Positions 37,675 to 45,342 of a DNA stretch of 45,342 bases are shown piece by piece (the stretch's first letter is position 1; every line of letters begins with the position of its first letter). The position numbers were made by a program, and so were the translations under genes. This stretch comes from Planctomycetota bacterium (lineage in GTDB: Bacteria > Planctomycetota > SZUA-567 > H5-PLA8), in the NCBI GenBank assembly GCA_038227875.1, contig JBBRPR010000064.1, forward strand, positions 1-45,342, in the 5' to 3' direction. The notes under the pieces are model-generated. The model was given only the letters and a program-made list of their open reading frames with translations, did not search any database and was not told where the DNA came from.

Positions 37675-39024
37675 GTGCTAATCTCCTATGTTTGGTTCGT
37701 TTTTGGGGCATGCCGGGTATTCCTTTCAAACGTTCCACTGCCTTGCAAATTTCTGGTGCTACCAGTAGTTGCAACACCCCTTGGAAAACTATTGTATCTT
37801 CCTGTCATTGCAGTTGATGGCCTGAAAGCTTCCTTCGTGTTGTGCGCCTTGGGGGTGGGTGTGTTTACCTTCAATACAATGGTGAAGCGAAAGCGGTTTT
37901 CAGCCTTTATATGGCTGCAGCTGATTTGCATGGTACCTATTGGGCTATCCTTGCTGGGTGTCGATAAGAATATAAATATTATCTGGGATAGACTCTACGA
38001 ATCGCAATACGACAGCATTTTACTACGGTCATTGTCGTACCTGATTTTTGCAACGTATGGGTGTTTTGTCGCTGCCAGTTTGAAAAAACAACCCCCTGCC
38101 TTTCAAGAACTGCTTATTAATTCCTTTCTGCAATCGACCGTGGTAGCCACTCTCCTTGGGGTGGTCATTTTTGCGGGAGTATGGGTTCGCGCCTTGGATG
38201 TTGTCGATCTTACGCCGATCTCGGTGGACACACATATTGTCGACAACTTCTACCGGTTCAATCCAGGCGCCAATGTAAATGAGTTCGGAGTTCTCGCCGG
38301 ATACGCCATTTTCTTCGTTCAATACAGGGCCATTGGCCACCGAATGACGTTGAAGGATCTGGCGCTCATTAGCCTTTTCGGAGCGGCATTATTCGCCAGT
38401 TTGACGCGCGGCGCTTGGGTTGCTTTTACCTTGGCGACGGTGCTGTATTCTTTATATTCCGCCCGTCGACTGAAGAGACTGGCAATTGTGGGTGGCTTGA
38501 CTGCGTTGGCGATTGCAACGCTGTCCCTTGTTAATGAAAACGTTGCACTCATCATCGATACGCGCTTCAGTATGGACCTTGGCGCCGGGGGGGAAGAGCG
38601 GCTTGAAAAGTTTCAATGGGCAATTCATGGATTTTTGAACGATTCGTGGCTTCAATTTCTCATCGGACATGGGTGGGCAACCAATCTTTACGCACATAGC
38701 ATTTTTTTTCAGCTTATCTATGAAGTCGGAGTCATTGGGTTTCTTATCTTTATGATTCTGCTTCTTGCCCCGATAGTTTTATGCAGTATTCGAGCGGTCA
38801 CTAATCCACGGTTTTCTGTTCAACGCCAATTGCTTTCTGCAATGGGTCTCTTTCTGGTCGTCGTTGCGATGCTGCACCACACCATGTACCACGTTCAAAC
38901 CTGGCTTGTCTTTGGATTCATCCTTGCCGGAGCGGAATCGCAAAGCGCAAGCAAGAATGTGGGCGCAATTAAATCAGTTGATCCGCAGGAATTTGCGCTG
39001 CGGCCCGATCAGGCAGGTGCATGA
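37675..39024 (+). CDS. O-antigen polymerase/ligase-like membrane protein (Wzy/WaaL)
   Basis: Multiple TMs; NVNEFG, SLTRGAW, ER...IGHGW...YAHSIFFQLIYEVGVIG. Start uncertain. Confidence 0.82.
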   Translation: MLISYVWFVFGACRVFLSNVPLPCKFLVLPVVATPLGKLLYLPVIAVDGLKASFVLCALGVGVFTFNTMVKRKRFSAFIWLQLICMVPIGLSLLGVDKNINIIWDRLYESQYDSILLRSLSYLIFATYGCFVAASLKKQPPAFQELLINSFLQSTVVATLLGVVIFAGVWVRALDVVDLTPISVDTHIVDNFYRFNPGANVNEFGVLAGYAIFFVQYRAIGHRMTLKDLALISLFGAALFASLTRGAWVAFTLATVLYSLYSARRLKRLAIVGGLTALAIATLSLVNENVALIIDTRFSMDLGAGGEERLEKFQWAIHGFLNDSWLQFLIGHGWATNLYAHSIFFQLIYEVGVIGFLIFMILLLAPIVLCSIRAVTNPRFSVQRQLLSAMGLFLVVVAMLHHTMYHVQTWLVFGFILAGAESQSASKNVGAIKSVDPQEFALRPDQAGA

Positions 39025-40214
39025 GTAACAAGGTTCTCGTGATTGCTGGTGCCATCGCGGGCGGTGTCGGCAAGCATGTCTTTGATCTCATCAACGGATT
39101 GAATCGCGAATTCAATATTTTCTTCGCCTTTTCAACAGAGGACGGCGACGGCGACTACTCAAAGAAGATTGACGATATCCGGCGGACGCTGAACGAGGGT
39201 AATTTATTACCCCTGAAAATTTGCAAACGGCCGGGCATTGACGACATAAAGAATGTCATGCTTCTTCGCAAATTTGTGGCAAAACACGGCATTGCCCTTA
39301 TTCATGGGCATGGCGCCAAAGGTGGCGCTTACGCGCGTCTGACGGCGATTTGTCACCCGGAGGTAAAAGTAATCTACACACCACACGGCGGGGCCGTTCA
39401 CTCTGCTCATGGTTTGATTGGCGATCTGGTTTACGGATTCATCGAAAAGACACTATACCACTACACTGACTGCTATTTGTTTGAATCGGCATACAGCCAA
39501 GTTGCATTTTTCCAAAAGGTTGGTGGTTCGCCTGCGTCAGGGAAATGTCTGGTCAATCACAATGGAATTGATTGCAATTCGCTTTCTGCTCCTGCGAGCG
39601 CAGCAAATCTATTGGCTGCTCGCGGACTGCCATACGATTGGCTGAAGCAACGAACCCCTGCTGACGTGCATTGCTGTTGCATTGCATTTGTAAGACCGAT
39701 CAAGGGTCAGTCTGTATTGTTGAAGGCATGGAAAGGGGTTTTGGAGAAGGTGCCGGATGCCCATCTGCATCTACTCGGCCCGGTTGCCGACCCAGACGGC
39801 CTGGAGGCGCTGATACGAGAGTTGGGTATCCAAAACCGTGTACATATCTATGGCGATGTTCCGAATGCACGTTTACTTCTTTCGGTATACGATTACTGTC
39901 TCATTCCATCGTTATTTGAGTCCTTCGGCTATGTCGCAGTGGAGGCCATGTGCGAAGGGGTGCCCGTTATCGCTTCAAGAACTGGCGGATTGCCCGAAAT
40001 TATTGATCACAACCACACTGGATTTCTGATCGAAGCCGGCAATCCCGTCGCTTGGACCGAAGCCCTTTGTCAGGTCTTTAAAGACAACACTTTTGCTTCA
40101 TCATGGATTGCAAGCGCTCGCGCCGACGCCCGCACTCGATTTTCACTTCAAACCATGCTGAAAACGATCTCAAATGTATACCGTGAACAGTTACCGCTGG
40201 ATCCGGAGATTTGA
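39021..40214 (+). CDS. Glycosyltransferase family 4
   Basis: GGVGKHV, IHGHGAKGG, YTPHG, NGID, IKGQ, PSLFESFGYVAVEAM, GGLPEII. Confidence 0.93.
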   Translation: MSNKVLVIAGAIAGGVGKHVFDLINGLNREFNIFFAFSTEDGDGDYSKKIDDIRRTLNEGNLLPLKICKRPGIDDIKNVMLLRKFVAKHGIALIHGHGAKGGAYARLTAICHPEVKVIYTPHGGAVHSAHGLIGDLVYGFIEKTLYHYTDCYLFESAYSQVAFFQKVGGSPASGKCLVNHNGIDCNSLSAPASAANLLAARGLPYDWLKQRTPADVHCCCIAFVRPIKGQSVLLKAWKGVLEKVPDAHLHLLGPVADPDGLEALIRELGIQNRVHIYGDVPNARLLLSVYDYCLIPSLFESFGYVAVEAMCEGVPVIASRTGGLPEIIDHNHTGFLIEAGNPVAWTEALCQVFKDNTFASSWIASARADARTRFSLQTMLKTISNVYREQLPLDPEI

Positions 40215-40217
40215 GTC

Positions 40218-41828
40218 TTGCCGGACCACATTATGTCAAGTGATCCTAAATCTTGCTTTGGAATTGAGCAATGGACCTTGGAAAAATGCGCTATCGCGGC
40301 ATTATCCGCTGCTCTGGTCTTAATCTGGATTGCGGCATGTTTCTTGGATATCAATGCCCCCGCCCACGCGCGGTTGATCCGCGCATTGTCCGGGGTAGCA
40401 GTGCTCGGTCTGGGTGTCATGGAATGGCGGCGTCCGTGGACTGGATTCAAACTGTTTTTTCTGCTCTGGCCGCAAGGTCTGGTTTTTCGCGAGATTCTCG
40501 CCAAAGGTCTTTCCCCTTCATTCGACGCCATCCCTACGTTCTGGGGAGGTCCCCTTGCCGCGGCACTGACATTGGCCGTGCTCTTCCGCATTCCGATTGA
40601 ACGTAAAGAAGCGGCGCTGGACTCCGGTGTTGACCGGGGATCGCAAAAATTCCGATGGGCATTGTGGACATTGGCGCTTATCTGGGTGGCGTCGGCAGTT
40701 GCTGGTTCGGTGCGATTAATGAACCCGCCGGAAGGCTGGCGCCTGGGCAGTGGGTGGCGGCAGTTCTTGACACCCGGAATGAGTGTATGGACGCCCTTGC
40801 AATCGGCGGTTGAAGTCGTCCCCGCGTTGCTCTTGGGACTTGCGCTGCTCAACGGGTCATTCGGAGTCGATGCGCGCAAACCATCGTCAGTTTCCACGGC
40901 ACTCTTGAAGTGTGTTTGCGCGGGCCTGGCTGTTGCTGCCGTCGAACTCTTATTTTGTTATTGTATGAATTGCCATTTTACTTTTGATAACACGCCGCCG
41001 TCGGGGCCGTTCGGTCACCGTAACACCACAGGTCCTCTTTGCGTTCTTGCCTGCGTGGCCGCGATATGGCTGGCACTTCGCATGACTTCGAATGTGTTGA
41101 AGGGTCTGTGGGCCGTTGTGGCTTGTCTATCGCTCTTTGCGGCATATCAATCACTCTCTCGTAATGCCTATGCGCTTGCAGTGTGTACTGGGATTCTGGC
41201 TCTCGTGTATCGACCTTCAAAATGGCGAATTGCTGCGCTGATTTTATTTGCGTTGAGCTGCCTGATAACGGCGCTTTGGCTCCCACTGCCGGACCGCGAG
41301 GCTGTTCCCGCAGCCGTGCGACGCGTGGTCGACTCAATCAACGAGTTGCGGAGCGGAGAATTTAATAATTTGACGGCACATCGCGGCGGACTCTGGATTA
41401 CGTGCTGGCATATTTTCCTCAGTTTTCCCATTTTGGGATCGGGCCCCGGAACGTTTGGCATGATTGCCTACCCCGGTTCACCATTCGCCGGTCCGGTGTC
41501 GGTCGAATCAGGCATGGCTGCGGCTCACTCGATGCCCTTGAACATCCTGGCGGAGTGCGGCCCGATTGCGGCGGTCGCCTGGTGCGTTGTCTGGCTCTTT
41601 AATCCGCTCGCCAGTCTCGTCAAACGCACGGCCAATCCGTGGACAATTCTTGCGCTTCTAATTGGTATTTCGAACCTTGCAGACACGGTTTGGCTTGTCC
41701 CCGGAATGGCGACGCTAGCCAGCAGTACGGCGGCATTTTCGTTCATTTTGGTGGTTCGAGAAGATTCCCACGAAAAGTTCGTCGGGCCTGATTGCTGTAC
41801 CGGGACTGGGATAATGTCATCGCGCTGA
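40218..41828 (+). CDS. O-antigen ligase family membrane protein
   Basis: Multiple TMs; GPFGHRN, SLSRNA, RGGLW...PILGSGPGTF, AAHSMPLNILAECG. Confidence 0.8.
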   Translation: MPDHIMSSDPKSCFGIEQWTLEKCAIAALSAALVLIWIAACFLDINAPAHARLIRALSGVAVLGLGVMEWRRPWTGFKLFFLLWPQGLVFREILAKGLSPSFDAIPTFWGGPLAAALTLAVLFRIPIERKEAALDSGVDRGSQKFRWALWTLALIWVASAVAGSVRLMNPPEGWRLGSGWRQFLTPGMSVWTPLQSAVEVVPALLLGLALLNGSFGVDARKPSSVSTALLKCVCAGLAVAAVELLFCYCMNCHFTFDNTPPSGPFGHRNTTGPLCVLACVAAIWLALRMTSNVLKGLWAVVACLSLFAAYQSLSRNAYALAVCTGILALVYRPSKWRIAALILFALSCLITALWLPLPDREAVPAAVRRVVDSINELRSGEFNNLTAHRGGLWITCWHIFLSFPILGSGPGTFGMIAYPGSPFAGPVSVESGMAAAHSMPLNILAECGPIAAVAWCVVWLFNPLASLVKRTANPWTILALLIGISNLADTVWLVPGMATLASSTAAFSFILVVREDSHEKFVGPDCCTGTGIMSSR

Positions 41829-42076
41829 TCCTGATTCAGGAACGTCGCAGCAATCGTCAACGTACGGCGTCTATGTTCCACGGATAAATTACTCGTCGCC
41901 ATACTGTGTTTTTGCGGATAAAATATGCCCATCGAGAGCCCAAAGATTAGATGTAGTTCGCACTGTGCACTCGCGATATTTAGAGCGCACATATTTCGGC
42001 AAACCTTCTATAGCGCGAAAACACTGACCCATGCTATACTTCTCAGCTCTACCGAGTTTACAAGGAGGCAACCCGA

Positions 42077-45000
42077 GTGCGATCAGCCCTTTGCACAATC
42101 ATTTTGGCGTTAACCCTTTCCTCATTTTTTGGAGGCAAGGCTGATGCTGCAATCGTGTATGTCAATGTGAATGTTGCGGGGCCGACCCAGGACGGGACGA
42201 GCTGGGCGACGGCTTATAAATCGCTGCAAACAGCGTTAACGACTGCCGCGCCTGGCGACATGATTTGGGTTGCCAAAGGAACCTATCTCCCAACCGCCGT
42301 GGGCGATTTCAATGCTAGCTTCTTTCTGGTCAATGGTATTGCGGTTTACGGCGGTTTTGCGGGAAACGAACCTGCGACTTTCAATCTGGCATTCCGTGAT
42401 TTCGTCCTCAATGCCACTGTCCTAAGCGGATTGATTGGAGCACCCGGATTCAACTCCCATCACGTCGTTCAGGTCCTGCCCAACACCAACACGACTGCAA
42501 TCCTGGATGGTTTCACAATTACAAATGGCAACGCCAATGGTCTTGCGGCCATCGATCAAACTGGCGGCGGTATGCTCATCGGCGCCAATTCCAATCCTAC
42601 GTTGGTCAATCTCCTCATCACCTCGAATATTGCCACAACTGAGGGCGGTGGCGTGGAAATCCAAGCCGGCACCGCGACCGTTTCGTTCGACAAATGCAAA
42701 TTCGACACGAACAGCGCCCCGGATGGAGCGGGTGTCATTGCCCACTCCGCTACGCTATTCACTAACTCCACGTTTACGTCTAACAATGCCACGACGATCG
42801 CAGGCGGTCTGGATGCACAAGCGGGTGCCACCACTCTGAAGAACTGTACATTTAGCTCCAATCGCGCGCCCGTTGCAGGTGGTATGAACACATCTGTCTT
42901 GTCCTCTTTGACCAGTGTGATTTTTACGTCAAACGCTGCAAGTGGTGGCAACGGCGGAGGGTTGCGTCTGGCCGCTGGATCTGCCGGGTCGCTGGTGGAT
43001 GGATGCATCTTCAATACCAACAGCGCTTTGGTGGGAGGCGGAGCCGATGCAGAAGCTCAGGCAACGATCAATCGTTCCACCTTTTCTGGAAATACGGCAA
43101 CGAATCAGGGCGGGGGACTCTTTACCGCTGCCCCGGTGACTGTGTCACTTTGCGGTTTGGGTGGAAATCAGGCGACGTCGCCCGGCGGATTGGGTGGAGG
43201 TATTTGCAGCAGCGCTGCCATCACCCTCACCGGCACAACGCTCGCCTCCAATACTGCGGGCCAGGATGGCGGCGGGTTGGACGCCATCGCGGGTGCGGTG
43301 ACTGCCACTAACTGTGTCTTTCAGGGCAACACCGCCAAGCGCGGCGGTGGCGCGCGCTTCAGTGGCGCGAGCGCATTGACCAATGTCGATTTCCTTTCTA
43401 ACAGTGCTTCATCGCAAGAAGGCGGCGGAATCGACAATGCCGGCGCGCAGACCATAACCAACTGCGTCTTCAATGCCAATTCCAGCGGGCTCAATGGTGG
43501 CGGTGTTCGCAACCTCAATCCCGGCACTGAAACGATCGTCAACTGCGTCTTCAGCTACAATACGGCGGTCAACGGCGGCGCGATCCGTCAGCATGGCGCA
43601 GGCGCGGCGGTCATCACCAACTGTACGATCTTCGGCAATTCGGCGTCCGGGACAGGCTCGGCCATTTCCATCTTCACCGGTAGCGTCACAGTTCTGAATA
43701 CGATCGTCTGGGGGAACTCGCCATTGGCGAATCCGGCCATCGACAACGCGGCGGAAAACGTCACGTATTCGGACGTACAAGGCACCGGTTACGCCGGCGT
43801 AGGCAACATTTCGTTGAATCCACTCTTCGTCAACCCGGGAGTTCCGGCGGGACCCGATGGTGGGTTTCGGACCACCGACGACGGATTTAAGTTGAACTTC
43901 ACGATCGGCAACCGCAGCCCGTGTATCGATTCGGGTTCCAATGTCGGCGCGCCGGCTACGGACATTCTCGGAAATCCGCGCACGATCAATGGCGTGGCTG
44001 ATATGGGCGCTTACGAATTTGCGCTCGTGCCGATCATCATTTCAAATTTGACCGCGGCACAACAAGACGCGTTGTTGAGCCAGGTCGCTCGCACCTACCC
44101 ACTGCCCCAGCCTGGTCCGGTCTTTGGTACGTCGGTGATCGGCACGAATGTGATCACGACCACGAATACCAACAATGTCAATGTCGGCGATGTGATCGTT
44201 GCCGGTCCCGGAGTTGTCGCAGGTTCAACGGTGACAGCCGTCGTTCCAAACGTGAGCATCACTCTGTCGGCGAATGCAGGCTTCGGCGCCGGCGTCGGCA
44301 CGTTCTTCTTCAACGGACCGACGTTCACAATCTCGGGAACATCGACTTCTGGCAGCACGATTATCACTACAACGGATACGGGGAACGTCGCGGTTGGTGA
44401 CCTTGTCGTCATTGGCCCTGGCCTTACCGGCGCGTCCGTGGTAACGGCTGTTGTTCCCGATGTCAGCATCACGCTCTCAGTGGCTGCCAATGCTGCTGCG
44501 GGTACAGGCTCGTTTACGTTTACGGCTCCGCCACTGGTTACGGGCAAACCGCTGCTAACCACAGCCGTCAATCCGCCGCCGGTGACGATTCCTCCCGCGC
44601 CGCCCACTACAACAACGACTGGGACTGCCAACGCGCAAATCGAAATTTGGGATCTCAATACGTCCGCTCCGCCGCTGACCTACACATTTGCATGGTCGCT
44701 AATCAGCGGTCCTGCCGGTGGGACAGTGACTTTTACGCCCGGGGCGAACGGCTATGCCACGCAACAAACCGCCGCGACATCGCCTGTATCACCGTTCACG
44801 GCTTACCAGGGCAGGTTCCTGACCAACAACGTCACGCTGTCGCTGTCAACCATCGGCACCTATGCGATCCAAGTCAGCGCGACTAACGGATCCGACACGA
44901 TCTACAGCACGGTATTCGTGCAGTATGTTGCGGCACCCGTTGTTACTTCAGCCGTAACGGCCACACCGAGCTCCGTTGCGCTTGGCCAGTCGATCCTGTT

Positions 45001-45342
45001 CTCGTTTGGCGTCTCCGATCCGAACGCAAGTCCACTGACGTTCACGTGGAATTTCGGTGATGGCACGACCGGTACTGGCCCCACTCCCTCGCACACCTAC
45101 ACAGCGGTGGGAACGTATACGGTGACAGCCACAGCGACTAATATCTATGGCCTATCTGTCACCGGCACAGTCACGGTAACCGTCTTCCCGTCGCCGGTCG
45201 GTAACTTCGCCGATTCCGATGGCGATGGCTTCCCCGACGATCTCGAAAAGTTCCTCGGTTCGTCGCCGTTTGATCCGAACTCCACGCCCACAGGTCTGCC
45301 GGCCGTGATCTCCGCCTACACCGTCACGAACAACGGACTGAA
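42077..45342 (+). CDS. Large secreted protein (>1080 aa, 3' end outside window): parallel beta-helix, choice-of-anchor-Q-like region, tandem beta repeats, PKD, DxDxDG motif
   Basis: Not in ORF track. AGGAGG RBS, GTG 42077 MRSALCTIILALTLSSFFGGKADA-AIVYVN...DGTSWATAYKSLQTAL...IWVAKGTY; many FxxN/GGG repeats; SPCIDSG...DILGNPR...DMGAYE; FTWNFGDG...SHTYTAVGTYTV; DSDGDGFPDDLE. Frame checked as the same at 45182. Confidence 0.88.
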   Translation, partial: MRSALCTIILALTLSSFFGGKADAAIVYVNVNVAGPTQDGTSWATAYKSLQTALTTAAPGDMIWVAKGTYLPTAVGDFNASFFLVNGIAVYGGFAGNEPATFNLAFRDFVLNATVLSGLIGAPGFNSHHVVQVLPNTNTTAILDGFTITNGNANGLAAIDQTGGGMLIGANSNPTLVNLLITSNIATTEGGGVEIQAGTATVSFDKCKFDTNSAPDGAGVIAHSATLFTNSTFTSNNATTIAGGLDAQAGATTLKNCTFSSNRAPVAGGMNTSVLSSLTSVIFTSNAASGGNGGGLRLAAGSAGSLVDGCIFNTNSALVGGGADAEAQATINRSTFSGNTATNQGGGLFTAAPVTVSLCGLGGNQATSPGGLGGGICSSAAITLTGTTLASNTAGQDGGGLDAIAGAVTATNCVFQGNTAKRGGGARFSGASALTNVDFLSNSASSQEGGGIDNAGAQTITNCVFNANSSGLNGGGVRNLNPGTETIVNCVFSYNTAVNGGAIRQHGAGAAVITNCTIFGNSASGTGSAISIFTGSVTVLNTIVWGNSPLANPAIDNAAENVTYSDVQGTGYAGVGNISLNPLFVNPGVPAGPDGGFRTTDDGFKLNFTIGNRSPCIDSGSNVGAPATDILGNPRTINGVADMGAYEFALVPIIISNLTAAQQDALLSQVARTYPLPQPGPVFGTSVIGTNVITTTNTNNVNVGDVIVAGPGVVAGSTVTAVVPNVSITLSANAGFGAGVGTFFFNGPTFTISGTSTSGSTIITTTDTGNVAVGDLVVIGPGLTGASVVTAVVPDVSITLSVAANAAAGTGSFTFTAPPLVTGKPLLTTAVNPPPVTIPPAPPTTTTTGTANAQIEIWDLNTSAPPLTYTFAWSLISGPAGGTVTFTPGANGYATQQTAATSPVSPFTAYQGRFLTNNVTLSLSTIGTYAIQVSATNGSDTIYSTVFVQYVAAPVVTSAVTATPSSVALGQSILFSFGVSDPNASPLTFTWNFGDGTTGTGPTPSHTYTAVGTYTVTATATNIYGLSVTGTVTVTVFPSPVGNFADSDGDGFPDDLEKFLGSSPFDPNSTPTGLPAVISAYTVTNNGL
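44140..44525 (+). repeat. Two tandem ~70-aa Thr/Val/Gly-rich beta repeats within the large CDS
   Basis: ITTTNTNNVNVGDVIVAGPGVVAGSTVTAVVPNVSITLSANA and ITTTDTGNVAVGDLVVIGPGLTGASVVTAVVPDVSITLSVAA. Confidence 0.8.

Noticed and set aside
42422..45096. Short listed ORFs at the right end
   Set aside because: Shadows of the large + strand gene starting at 42077.
1..45342. tRNA, rRNA, IS/transposase, integrase, prophage or defence genes
   Set aside because: None recognised by eye; short RNAs could be missed without covariance-model searches.

Overview
Bacterial chromosomal window, probably Planctomycetota/PVC (inferred from ECF/FecR pairs without a TonB receptor, membrane-anchored ECF sigmas, a Zn-finger/FGE-fold protein and PKD-rich secreted proteins). 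The left part (1-18.4 kb, all minus strand, GC-rich) encodes a >1260-aa secreted propeller/Ig-repeat protein missing from the ORF track, an ECF sigma plus FecR-propeller pair, a LacI relic, a Zn-finger/FGE protein and a secreted GH-like/LamG protein. It also holds a small natural-product operon (FeeM-like N-acyl amino acid synthase plus VAO/PCMH-family flavoprotein, followed by a deletion-eroded ABC/HlyD exporter) and a tandem pair of membrane-anchored ECF sigmas, one a pseudogene. The middle (18.8-41.8 kb, mostly more AT-rich by eye) is a divergent surface-polysaccharide locus. Its leftward arm has a GT, Wzm/Wzt, GT2, methyltransferase and a six-gene nucleotide-sugar module with HddA/HddC-like enzymes and a UDP-glucose-dehydrogenase homologue lacking the catalytic Cys. 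Its rightward arm has a Wzz-like co-polymerase (actually + strand; the ORF track mislabels it), a NusG paralogue, an rfbF relic, WbaP, ColC/ColD-like colitose enzymes, two Wzy/WaaL-like proteins and a GT4. The right end starts a >1080-aa secreted beta-helix/PKD protein, also missing from the track. At least four clear gene relics and several weaker ones are present. No tRNA, rRNA, CRISPR array or transposase was recognised. All calls come from manual motif reading without database searches.
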